A DNA stretch of 64,000 bases, taken from Minisyncoccota bacterium. Its GTDB lineage: Bacteria; Patescibacteriota; Minisyncoccia; Moranbacterales; UBA2206. The DNA lies in assembly GCA_031291955.1 (NCBI GenBank), contig JARLIA010000013.1, forward strand, positions 21,512 through 85,511, written 5' to 3'. Shown piece by piece: positions 37,268-45,894 of this stretch. Position 1 is the first letter of the stretch. Each line of letters begins with the position of its first letter. The translations under genes were made by a program, and so were the position numbers. A model generated the notes under the pieces. It saw nothing but the letters and a program-made list of their open reading frames with translations. It had not been told where the DNA came from and did no database searches.

Positions 37268-38956
37268 ATGTTTTATTTTCCCGATCCCCAAACTAAAGAT
37301 CCCAAGAAGCGCAAGTGGCAGCGGCGGCTGGAAGTCATTCCGGGGATTTTGACGTGGTTCACGTTGATTGGGATGTTTCTTTTTTCCTATTTGTTTCCGA
37401 TTTATATGGCAATTTTTATCATTGCTTTTGACATCTATTGGATCTATCGGACGATTTTCATCACATATTATTCTACGATCGGATTTCGGAAGTTAAAGGA
37501 AGGCGAGAAAGTGGATTGGTGGGAGCGCTGCCAGAATATTATGCATCCGGAAAAATACGCGGCTATGCTTTCCAAAAGAATAACTGAAATGAAACAGAGC
37601 TTGGCGGAAGGTGGTATTAAATTCCGGGAAAAGCGGATGCTTAAAAAAGAGATTGTTCGTCAGGAAACTTGCCTTGGTGAAGTCCGGGTGCTTGAGAAAA
37701 TCAAAGACCAGATCTGGGATTGGCGGGAGATTGTTCATGTGGTGAGTTTGGTGACTGCCAATGAACCGTCGGAAGTGATTGAGCCGGCTATTCGAGCGGT
37801 GGCCGATTCCAATTTTCCCAACAGCCAAATCATCATCCTTTTGGGCACAGAAGAAAGGGAGCCGGAAGAGAGGCGATTGGCCAAAGTGGACTATCTTAAA
37901 AATAAATTCAAGGGCGTTTTTCGAGATTTTATCGTGACTACCCACGAAGTGTCCGGCAATGAAATGAAAGCCAAAGCTTCCAACGCTACCTACGCCGCCC
38001 GCCGGCTGAAAAAATATTTATCCGAGCGGGAAATTGACTTTAAGAAGGTTATTTTTTCCAACTTCGATTGCGATTCAGTGGCTCATCCGCAATATTTCGC
38101 CGCCCTCACTTATCAATACATCATCGACCCAAAGCGCCTCCAGCGCAGTTATCAGCCGATTCCGATGTATCACAACAATCTTTGGGACACTAATGCTTTT
38201 GTCCGGGTGATTGTTACCAGTTCGAGTTTTTGGCATATTTTCCAAAGCACCCGGCCGGAAGGCATGGTGACATTTTCTTCTCATTCCGAACCGTTCGACA
38301 CGCTTGTCAAAGTCGATTTCTGGCCAGTCAACATGATCAGTGAAGACTCGATTATCTATTGGAAATGCTACACCTATTACAATGGCGACTATAAAGTGAA
38401 GCCGATCTATCTGCCGATTTCGCTCGACGCGGTCCAGGCGAATACCTATTGGAAAACCATCGTGAACCAGTATAAGCAAAAACGGCGCTGGGCTTACGGC
38501 ATTGAGAATTTCCCAGTCATCATGCGAGCCATCGTGCCCAACAAAAAAATCAGTTTTCGGAAAAAATTCAAAGTCGGATTTGAAATGTTGGAAGGTCATC
38601 ACAGCTGGGCGACCGCTTCCATGATCCTGGCTGTTCTCGGGTGGCTACCGCTTATTTTCGGCGGCGACCAGTTCAATCAGTCGGTTCTCGCCCATAATTT
38701 GCCGTTTCTGACGCGTTATCTCATGGATTTGGCTATGACGGGTCTCATCGTATCAATGTCATTGTCTTTTCTTCTTATGCCGCCGAAACCCGCGAAATAT
38801 TCCAAATGGCGCTATACTTACATGCTTTTGCAATGGGTTTTGGTGCCGATTACGGCGCCTCTCTTGGGATCGCTTCCGTCCATTGATTCGCAGACCAGGA
38901 TCATGTTCGGCAAATATTTCGGCGAATTCTGGGTGACGGACAAAATGCGGAAGTAA
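37268..38956 (+). CDS. membrane-embedded family-2 glycosyltransferase (processive synthase-like)
   Basis: N-terminal TM helices, a cytoplasmic GT2-like domain (VVSLVTANEPSEVIEPAI..., DCD) with a QKRRW (QxxRW-type) motif, and C-terminal TM helices. Confidence 0.5.
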   Translation: MFYFPDPQTKDPKKRKWQRRLEVIPGILTWFTLIGMFLFSYLFPIYMAIFIIAFDIYWIYRTIFITYYSTIGFRKLKEGEKVDWWERCQNIMHPEKYAAMLSKRITEMKQSLAEGGIKFREKRMLKKEIVRQETCLGEVRVLEKIKDQIWDWREIVHVVSLVTANEPSEVIEPAIRAVADSNFPNSQIIILLGTEEREPEERRLAKVDYLKNKFKGVFRDFIVTTHEVSGNEMKAKASNATYAARRLKKYLSEREIDFKKVIFSNFDCDSVAHPQYFAALTYQYIIDPKRLQRSYQPIPMYHNNLWDTNAFVRVIVTSSSFWHIFQSTRPEGMVTFSSHSEPFDTLVKVDFWPVNMISEDSIIYWKCYTYYNGDYKVKPIYLPISLDAVQANTYWKTIVNQYKQKRRWAYGIENFPVIMRAIVPNKKISFRKKFKVGFEMLEGHHSWATASMILAVLGWLPLIFGGDQFNQSVLAHNLPFLTRYLMDLAMTGLIVSMSLSFLLMPPKPAKYSKWRYTYMLLQWVLVPITAPLLGSLPSIDSQTRIMFGKYFGEFWVTDKMRK

Positions 38957-38961
38957 ATATC

Positions 38962-40002
38962 ATGTTGCAATATTTATATCCATTTCTAACTTCCTTCCTC
39001 CTGGCAATCTTTTTGTTATTTCTTTTTATTTTTCTTTTTGGCAAAGTGCGCTGGCAAGGAAGAGATTCGGAGCGGCACATCCACCGGTCGGGTGTGTCGC
39101 GAGTCGGCGGATTGGCTATGGTGTTGGCTTTTAATGCTGCGATTCTCTTGGACAAGGAGTTGGTTATTTCGCCGGAACTTTGGGGTTTTATGTTTGGAAC
39201 AATCGCGCTTTTGGTGGTCGGCATCTGGGACGATCTCAAAGAGCTGTATTGGAAGATTCAACTTTTCTGTCAGATCGCCGCGGCCGTTTTTGTCTTTATT
39301 GCCGGTGTCAGAATATTCTATATCACTAATCCTCTGACTGGCGGAATAATCAATCTCGATTCCGGCTTTCGGGTGGTCGTCTCGGCCATGTTGGTTATTT
39401 TGTGGATACTGGTGGTAATTAACGCGCTCAATTGGTCGGATGGCATTGACGGTATGGCCGGCAGTGTCACCCTTATTACGGCGGCTACCATCTTTTTCTT
39501 GAGTCTCGCTCCGGAGGTGAATCAGCCGCCGGTCGCCATTATTTCCGCGATTCTGGGCGGCGTGGCACTTGCTTTTCTGGTGTTTAATTTCTATCCATCG
39601 AAAGTCCTGGCCGGAACTTCCGGTTCGATGTTTATGGGTTTTTCATTGGCGGTGCTGGCGATTTTTGCCGGAACGAAAATTGCCACAGCTATTCTGGTAC
39701 TGATTATTCCGATCATTGATTTTCTCTGGGTTATCGCCCAAAGACTGCGTCACGGTCAGTCGATTTTTCGGCCGGACAAAAATCATCTCCATCACAAGTT
39801 GATGCAGTTGGGCTGGTCGCAAAGGAAGATTACCTTGGTTTATACGGCTATCACAGCCTTAATGGCGGCGCTCGCTCTTAACACCCGCGCGGTTGGAAAG
39901 GGCGTCACTCTTTTATTGGTTGCCATTGCGTCTGTTGCGGTTTTTGTGTTTATAAATAAAAAAACGACTCTGGAAAAATCTGAAAAGCCGACGAATTTAT
40001 GA
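38962..40002 (+). CDS. polyprenyl-phosphate sugar-1-phosphate transferase, MraY/WecA (GT4 PNPT) family
   Basis: Polytopic membrane protein with the NALNWSDGIDGMAG signature (N-x2-N-x2-DG-IDGL). Confidence 0.75.
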   Translation: MLQYLYPFLTSFLLAIFLLFLFIFLFGKVRWQGRDSERHIHRSGVSRVGGLAMVLAFNAAILLDKELVISPELWGFMFGTIALLVVGIWDDLKELYWKIQLFCQIAAAVFVFIAGVRIFYITNPLTGGIINLDSGFRVVVSAMLVILWILVVINALNWSDGIDGMAGSVTLITAATIFFLSLAPEVNQPPVAIISAILGGVALAFLVFNFYPSKVLAGTSGSMFMGFSLAVLAIFAGTKIATAILVLIIPIIDFLWVIAQRLRHGQSIFRPDKNHLHHKLMQLGWSQRKITLVYTAITALMAALALNTRAVGKGVTLLLVAIASVAVFVFINKKTTLEKSEKPTNL

Positions 40003-40424
40003 GAAATAAAATGATAACTTTTTTTGTTGTTCTTTTGGCGCTGTCTTTGGGATTATTTTTTATAGCTGGAAACAATGCCGCAACTGTCGTCATTAACGGT
40101 CAAAAATTTTCGGCTTCACTGGCGACTACTCCGGCAGAGCGACAGAAGGGTCTTGGCGATCGAGACAGTCTTTGCCGAAATTGCGCCATGCTGTTTAAAT
40201 TTGAAAAAAAAGGCGATTACATGTTTTGGATGAAGGATATGCGTTTTGATTTGGATATCATCTGGATTGCCGACGGGAAAATCGTTTATATCGCCAAGGA
40301 TATCTCACATGAAGCTTTGAATACGATCGATCCAAAAACTCCGGCTGACAATGTTCTGGAAATCAACGCGGGTCTCGCGGAGCGCTATGGGTTTAAAATA
40401 GGGGACGCGATTAGCATAAAATGA
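39999..40424 (+). CDS. DUF192 (COG1430) domain protein
   Basis: Signal/TM, then TPAERQKGLGDRDSL...AMLFKF....FWMKDMRFDLDIIWI..DGKIV matches the DUF192 pattern. Confidence 0.55.
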   Translation: MRNKMITFFVVLLALSLGLFFIAGNNAATVVINGQKFSASLATTPAERQKGLGDRDSLCRNCAMLFKFEKKGDYMFWMKDMRFDLDIIWIADGKIVYIAKDISHEALNTIDPKTPADNVLEINAGLAERYGFKIGDAISIK

Positions 40425-40445
40425 ACTGCCCAAGACTGCCCAAAC

Positions 40446-40470
40446 AAAAATCCCCGTCATGGGGATTTTT
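40446..40470. terminator. bidirectional terminator AAAAATCCCC-gtcat-GGGGATTTTT
   Basis: Perfect 10-bp inverted repeat including A-run and T-run arms, between the convergent genes 39999..40424 (+) and 40574..41344 (-). Confidence 0.65.
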
Positions 40471-40573
40471 GCTATTAGAAAGGCAGTAGAGGGCAAAGAT
40501 TTTTGCTTCTACGATCTCATTTCATCTTGAAAGAACAGCAGAATTTTTTATTTTAGACCTTGCGATAAGATCA

Positions 40574-41344
40574 TCAAGACAGGGATGGCACCGAGACGGC
40601 ATAGTGGTGGAGATTCTGAAGTTGACGACTGTTCAAATTCTTGGACGCGGCGATTGCTTGCGCGATCATGCCTTTTGAAAATTCTACCGATGTTCCGACG
40701 CTAATCTTTCGTTGGGGCACGTTTTTTCTCAGATAATCCTCGATATAGATCTTGTGCTCGGCCGTAAGGGTTGAGTCGGAATTTTTTTCGAGATAATCAG
40801 CTAAAGCGCGTCTGGCCAGTTTCGTTTCGCTGTCTCCCCGCACTGCTGTTTCTACAAAAGCAGTTGATGTTTCCTGGCTGGTAGAAACCGATGAGGTCGC
40901 TTTGGGCGCGTTCTGATTGGGAGCGGTGTTCTGATTTTGCGGTTGCGCTTGTCCTTGCGGCTGTGCTTGCGCTTGTCCCTGCGGCTGTGCTTGAGTCTGG
41001 GGTTGCTGCTGAGTGTCGGCTTGGTTTTTTCCTTGATCGGAAGTTTTTGCGGTGTTGTTGTCCGTCTGGGCTACATTCTGGGATTGTTCAGTGGTTCCCA
41101 TGCTGCCGTTTAGATCGGGATTTTCACCCCTCTTGGAATAAGAGTAAATTCCGCCGGCGATCAAAATGACGATTACAACACTGACAATAATTCTCAAATT
41201 ATCCTCGAGCCATTGCTTTGACCGACTTTGGTCGGTATCGTCGGATGATGCCGACTGTTTGCTCGATTCTTCCTTGGCCGGCTCTTGTTCGCTCAAATTT
41301 TTATCTTTCTGATTCTGATCATTGGTCTCTTGGTTGCTTTCCAT
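40574..41344 (-). CDS. membrane-anchored low-complexity protein with (Q-A/P-Q-x) repeats
   Basis: One TM near the N-terminus, then a QTQAQPQGQAQAQPQGQAQPQ repeat region encoded by about 24-bp tandem DNA repeats at about 40920..41000, then a C-terminal folded segment. Confidence 0.35.
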   Translation of the reverse strand: MESNQETNDQNQKDKNLSEQEPAKEESSKQSASSDDTDQSRSKQWLEDNLRIIVSVVIVILIAGGIYSYSKRGENPDLNGSMGTTEQSQNVAQTDNNTAKTSDQGKNQADTQQQPQTQAQPQGQAQAQPQGQAQPQNQNTAPNQNAPKATSSVSTSQETSTAFVETAVRGDSETKLARRALADYLEKNSDSTLTAEHKIYIEDYLRKNVPQRKISVGTSVEFSKGMIAQAIAASKNLNSRQLQNLHHYAVSVPSLS

Positions 41345-41905
41345 TTATTTTCACCTTCCTTTCTATTTTATCCGTCTGGGCGTTTTTCATAAACCAGGCG
41401 GAATTATTAAGTTATTAATGTGCTTGCGTTGAAGCATTCGAGCCAAAAAGGCGTCTTAATTGAATTTTAAGGAATGTTTGAGCAAGCGTCAACTAGACAA
41501 AGATATCGATTTAAGGCATAATAATCGATATTTTTTTATGTCCATTGATTCAAGTGTGAATCTCAAAAATTAAAACAACAAATCAAAATAAAAAATAGTC
41601 TCTTAATTTTTTTAGAAGGTACTGATTTTTTAAATTTCTGAAATAAATTTAAATAATTTGGTGTAATAAACTTTGAATTTTTAATTCTTATTTTGAATTT
41701 TGAAATTCTTTGCCTGTGGATAACTTTTTTCTATTGCAAATAAAAATATATATTGTATAATTTAATCAGGCGAAAGTATTTTTATCATAAAATATTTTCC
41801 GGTAAAAATAAAAAGGTCGAAAACAAAAAATTAAAAAATATTCCAATCGAAATTAATTTAAATATTTTCGATTTGAAATTATAAATAGAAAGGAAGGTGA
41901 TTACA

Positions 41906-42010
41906 ATGCCTGCCAAGAAAAAAGCCAAGAAGAAAGCGGTGAAAAAGACTGTGAAGAAGGCCGTGAAAAAGACCACCAAGAAGAAAGTTGCCAAGAAAAA
42001 GAAGAAATAG
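41906..42010 (+). CDS. 34-aa lysine-rich micro-protein (MPAKKKAKKKAVKKTVKKAVKKTTKKKVAKKKKK)
   Basis: Strong RBS (AAGGAAGGTGA) 5 nt upstream of the ATG; not in the ORF track (under 60 aa). The minus-strand ORF 41785..41994 is its mirror image. Histone-H1-like / nucleic-acid-binding composition. Confidence 0.4.
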   Translation: MPAKKKAKKKAVKKTVKKAVKKTTKKKVAKKKKK

Positions 42011-42119
42011 TCTTTTTTGAAACTTTCCCGATTAAATTCGGATTTCCTTCGGCTGGATAAAATAAATTATTTTGTCGAAGTCGTTCTTTAACGCTTAAGT
42101 GTTATTGAAAAAACAAAAA

Positions 42120-42146
42120 CCCTCCCGCTAAGCGTGAGGGTTTTTG
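42120..42146. terminator. bidirectional terminator hairpin (CCCTCCCG-ctaag-CGTGAGGG flanked by A-run and T-run)
   Basis: Lies between the micro-ORF (+) and the 3' end of prmC (-); T-runs on both strands. Confidence 0.5.
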
Positions 42147-42158
42147 CTTTGTTTGTAA

Positions 42159-42995
42159 CTATAATTTGATTTCAGCAATCCGCCATTTTCCGCCCAGATC
42201 CTTCCTGAATTTTATATTTGCCTTGGGAAAGTATTTCTTAATAAGTTTGGCGAGGGAAGGTTTTTGTTCGGGACTAAACTCCGCGTAACACATAATGTGC
42301 GGCACGTTACAATTATTTTGCAATTTTTTTATTTGCTGAAAAAGTTTTTCGTAATGGGCTAGGCCATCCTTATTAGAGAACAAAGCGGACTTCGGTTCGA
42401 AATTTTTGACATTAGGAGCGGTGGTGGCGTAAATCTTTTGAGAGAGATAAGGAAGGTTACTGGCAATTATCAATTTACAATTTACAATTTTCAATGACTT
42501 TTTATTTTTGAAAAAATAATTCAGAAGATCGGATTTTATAAATTTTATTTTTTTATCGACGCCGTGATTCTTGGCGTTGCGTCTGGCGATGCGAAGAGCT
42601 TTCTCTGAAATATCAGCGGCGAAGAAGTTATTTTTATTTTTTATGTTTTTTGCGAGACTAATAATGATATTGCCGCTGCCGGTTCCGATGTCGATGACGG
42701 TTTTATTTTTTGGCTCCAGTTTGATTATTTCTTCCACGAGCAGTTCTGTTTCGGGACGGGGAATGAGTGTGTCTTGGGTAACCTTAAAATCCAGGCCGTA
42801 AAATTCTTTCTGGCCTAAAATGTAGGCCATGGGCTCGTGATTTTCTCGCCGTTTGACCAGTTGATTAAACTTGGAATTCTGGGTTTTATTTAAAGTTCTT
42901 TCCGGGTGCGCCAAAACATATTCCCTTGATTTTTTGAGAATATGGGCTAGAATCAGTTCTATTTCAAAGGGCGGTATTTTATTGCAAGTCATCAT
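42159..42995 (-). CDS. prmC: release factor glutamine N5-methyltransferase PrmC/HemK (variant catalytic motif NLPY)
   Basis: [15 protein letters not shown]-binding motif and an ASNLPYL block aligned to the NPPY motif. It overlaps the prfA stop by 4 nt (prfA-prmC operon). Confidence 0.7.
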   Translation of the reverse strand: MMTCNKIPPFEIELILAHILKKSREYVLAHPERTLNKTQNSKFNQLVKRRENHEPMAYILGQKEFYGLDFKVTQDTLIPRPETELLVEEIIKLEPKNKTVIDIGTGSGNIIISLAKNIKNKNNFFAADISEKALRIARRNAKNHGVDKKIKFIKSDLLNYFFKNKKSLKIVNCKLIIASNLPYLSQKIYATTAPNVKNFEPKSALFSNKDGLAHYEKLFQQIKKLQNNCNVPHIMCYAEFSPEQKPSLAKLIKKYFPKANIKFRKDLGGKWRIAEIKL

Positions 42996-44056
42996 TTCCC
43001 CAATTTCCTCTTAGTGTCTTCCTCTTCCAGCGCGGAAACGATTTCGTCCAGTCCGCCATCAAGAATTCCTGAGATGTTGCTCCAGCTTTCTTTTATCCGG
43101 TGGTCGGTGATGCGATCCTGGGGGAAGTTGTAAGTGCGGATTTTTTCGCTCCGGTCGCCGGTGCCGATCTGTGATTTCCTCGCGTCTCCAAGTTCTTTGG
43201 CGCGTTTATCTTCTTCGATCTGGAGAAGTCGTGAGCGCAAAACTTTCATGGCCTTGTCTTTGTTTTTCAATTGAGACTTTTCATCCTGACAGGAAACGAT
43301 GAGCCCGGTCGGGATGTGAGTGATGCGGACAGCGCTTTTGGTGGTGTTCACGGACTGGCCGCCCGGACCTGATGAGCAAAAGGTGTCGATGCGCAGATCT
43401 TTTTCTTCGATTTTCATTTCCACTTCTTCGGCTTCCGGGAGAACGGCGACGGTGGCGGTGGAAGTATGCACGCGCCCGACTTTTTCCGTTTCCGGCACTC
43501 TTTGCACGCGATGCACTCCGGATTCATATTTCATTTTTCCATAAGCGCCGTGCCCGTTGATTTCGAAAACCACTTCTTTGAAGCCGCCTATCCCGGTCTG
43601 GTTTGAATTGAGAAGGGTGGTGTGCCAGCGGTTCCGTTCGGCGTAGCGGGAATACATCCGGAAAAGCTCGGCCGCGAAAAGCGCCGATTCGTCTCCGCCA
43701 GCTCCGGCCCGGACTTCGATGATGATGTTTTTTTCGTCGTGAGGATCTTTTGGTACCAGCATTTTTTCCAATTCATGCTCCAGAATTTCTTTTTTAGCCG
43801 CCAGCTCGGCGTTTTCTTCCATCGCCATTTGCTTGAGTTCGCCCTCCTCGTCCGGGGAATTTATGATTTTGGCGTTTCCCGCCATGGTGTTTTCCAGTTT
43901 TTCCAGTTCGTTGATGCCCGCCATAACTTCCGCCAGTTCCGCCTGTCTTTTGCCAAGTCGCGCCATTTTTTGGGTATCTGAAACTATCCCCGGATCATTG
44001 AGCTGGGTGGCGATGTCTCCATATTCGGTTTTGATCTGTTCGATTTGTTCTTTCAT
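42992..44056 (-). CDS. prfA: peptide chain release factor 1
   Basis: 354 aa, [23 protein letters not shown] motif, followed by prmC. Confidence 0.9.
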   Translation of the reverse strand: MKEQIEQIKTEYGDIATQLNDPGIVSDTQKMARLGKRQAELAEVMAGINELEKLENTMAGNAKIINSPDEEGELKQMAMEENAELAAKKEILEHELEKMLVPKDPHDEKNIIIEVRAGAGGDESALFAAELFRMYSRYAERNRWHTTLLNSNQTGIGGFKEVVFEINGHGAYGKMKYESGVHRVQRVPETEKVGRVHTSTATVAVLPEAEEVEMKIEEKDLRIDTFCSSGPGGQSVNTTKSAVRITHIPTGLIVSCQDEKSQLKNKDKAMKVLRSRLLQIEEDKRAKELGDARKSQIGTGDRSEKIRTYNFPQDRITDHRIKESWSNISGILDGGLDEIVSALEEEDTKRKLGK

Positions 44057-44109
44057 TGTGCTATATTACTACTTAATGTATTGTATAATTAATTCAGGGA
44101 ATAATCAAT

Positions 44110-44382
44110 ATGAAGACTTTTAGGGATAAAATTACAGCAGTTGTCCGAAAAATCCCGTGCGGGAAGACTTTGACATATAAAGATGTGGCTCGGCAGGCTG
44201 GCAACGAGAAGGCAGCGCGGGCGGTGGGGAATATTTTGAATGTGCATTATAAATATTGCTTGGCCAATAATTTGCCGACCATTCCGTGCCACCGGGTCAT
44301 TCGGACTGACGGCCAGGTCGGCGGATATGTTTTGGGCGAGAAAAAGAAAAGGATGCTTTTAAAAAAAGAAAAAGCGATTTAA
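44110..44382 (+). CDS. MGMT-family DNA-binding domain protein (methylated-DNA-protein-cysteine methyltransferase C-terminal domain, Ogt/YbaZ-like)
   Basis: 90 aa with the PCHRV active-site motif and a helix-turn-helix. Confidence 0.7.
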   Translation: MKTFRDKITAVVRKIPCGKTLTYKDVARQAGNEKAARAVGNILNVHYKYCLANNLPTIPCHRVIRTDGQVGGYVLGEKKKRMLLKKEKAI

Positions 44383-44597
44383 AAATTACAGATTCAAGAG
44401 GAGATGAAAATGCGGTCAAATGCGATGAGGGAAGTAATGAAACGACGCCAGAGAGCTTTGGCAGGAATTGGAACAGTGGAAATTCTTGGAATAAAATTCC
44501 AGGAAGATCCGGCCGGCCAGCGGTTAAGGCGGGAAATGAGGGAAGAGGATAGTACTTTGAAATCCCTTCCTCGACGTAGTTTCTTCTAGGGGAGACC

Positions 44598-44640
44598 GAA
44601 GCACGCGAGCTCTAATGAGTCCTTTGCGTGCTTCTTTTTA
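44598..44640 (+). terminator. rho-independent terminator GAAGCACGC-(19-nt loop)-GCGTGCTTC + T5
   Basis: Perfect 9-bp stem followed by TTTTT; a TGCTAAAGA -10-like element for rmlD lies just downstream. Confidence 0.5.
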
Positions 44641-44701
44641 TTATATTGAGTAATTTCTATATTTAGGGTATGCTAAAGAAGTAAAAATTATTAACTTCTC
44701 A

Positions 44702-45637
44702 ATGAAAAAGATACTTATCATCGGCGCCAAAGGCATGCTCGGCCAGGAATTGGTGAAAGTTTTTAAGAGTGACAAGGATTACAAAGTGATCGGCTGGGAT
44801 AAATCCGACATCGACATCACGCGCGAGAAGGAAGTGGATAAAAAGATTGGAATTATCAAGCCCGAGGTCATTATTAATGCTGCCGCTTACAATGCCGTCG
44901 ACAAATGTGAAGAAAGCAAGAAAGAATTTGAGCTGGCCAAGAAAGTAAATGGCTTGGCGCCCGGGTATCTGGCCAAGGCCACTAAGAAACAGAAAGCGAT
45001 CCTGGTGCATTATTCGAGCGACTATGTTTTTGACGGAGATTTTGAAAAAATATTGGCCCGCGAGCCGCAGGGTTGCACGCATTCCTGCGCGACGTGCGGT
45101 TTGCACAACAATCAGGAGCTGGGTTTTTGCGAAGACGACCAGTCAAATCCAATCAATAAATACGGGGAGACGAAACTCCGGGGAGAAAAAGAAGTGGCGA
45201 AGAACATAAAAAATTATTATCTTATCCGCACGTCCAAAATTTTTGGCAAACCATCTAAGACGGAAGGAGCCAAAAAAAGTTTTTTCGAGGTGATGCTGGC
45301 GGCCGGAAAAAAGAACAAGGAAGTAAAGGCGGTGGACGAAGAAACCAGCTGTTTCACTTACGCGCCGGACTTGGCCAAGAAAACCAAGGAAATTATCGAC
45401 GCCCAGAAGCCGTATGGAATATACCACGTGACTAACAGCGGATCGCCGACTTGGTTTGAAGCTTGCCAGGAGCTGTATAAATTAGCTAAAATAAAGACAA
45501 AGGTGACGCCGGTTTCTGGGGACGAGTTTCCACGCCCGGCTGCGCGGCCGTTCTATTCGGTTCTGGTGAATACAAAACTCAATCCGCTCCGGGATTGGAA
45601 AGAAGCGCTCAAGGAATATTTGAAAAACAAAAAATGA
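44702..45637 (+). CDS. rmlD: dTDP-4-dehydrorhamnose reductase with a Cys-rich insertion
   Basis: The MKKILIIGAKGMLG N-terminus, the INAAAYNAVDKCE block, and HYSSDYVFDG ... NKYGETKLRGE all align to RmlD. About 22 extra residues (QGCTHSCATCGLHNNQELGFC) sit between the YVFDG and EDD blocks. Confidence 0.7.
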   Translation: MKKILIIGAKGMLGQELVKVFKSDKDYKVIGWDKSDIDITREKEVDKKIGIIKPEVIINAAAYNAVDKCEESKKEFELAKKVNGLAPGYLAKATKKQKAILVHYSSDYVFDGDFEKILAREPQGCTHSCATCGLHNNQELGFCEDDQSNPINKYGETKLRGEKEVAKNIKNYYLIRTSKIFGKPSKTEGAKKSFFEVMLAAGKKNKEVKAVDEETSCFTYAPDLAKKTKEIIDAQKPYGIYHVTNSGSPTWFEACQELYKLAKIKTKVTPVSGDEFPRPAARPFYSVLVNTKLNPLRDWKEALKEYLKNKK

Positions 45638-45641
45638 AATT

Positions 45642-45893
45642 ATGCTGATTGAAATTGTCGGATATAGCGCTGGAATCACCACCGCTCTTGCTCTTTTGCC
45701 TCAGGTGATAAAATCCTGGCGCACAAAATCAACTAAAGACATTTCCCTAGGCTGGACATTGATTTACACTTTCAGCATGTTTTTGTGGGTTGCTTACGGA
45801 ATATTGCTGAAAGAAATTCCGATGATTACGACTCTCTCTATCGAATTGTTCTTGTATGTCATTCTTTTAACTTTAAAAATTAAACACGGATAA
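45642..45893 (+). CDS. PQ-loop / SemiSWEET-family small membrane transporter
   Basis: 83 aa, three TM helices, LLPQV PQ-motif in TM1. Confidence 0.5.
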   Translation: MLIEIVGYSAGITTALALLPQVIKSWRTKSTKDISLGWTLIYTFSMFLWVAYGILLKEIPMITTLSIELFLYVILLTLKIKHG

Positions 45894-45894
45894 T

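Noticed and set aside
40900-41010. Possible CRISPR-like repeat array
   Set aside because: The repeats are contiguous with no spacers, lie inside an ORF and encode a QAQP peptide repeat. No cas genes are present, and no CRISPR arrays were seen anywhere in the window.
41785-41994. 69-aa Phe-rich ORF on the minus strand
   Set aside because: It is the reverse-complement reading of the AAG/AAA lysine codon run of the + strand micro-ORF and an A/T tract. The + strand K-rich ORF has a strong RBS, so it is preferred.
44404-44589. 61-aa ORF (MKMRSNAMREVMKRRQRALAG...)
   Set aside because: No recognisable domain, R-rich composition, and it sits between the MGMT-like gene and a strong terminator. It may be a non-coding leader or 3' UTR, so it is left unannotated.
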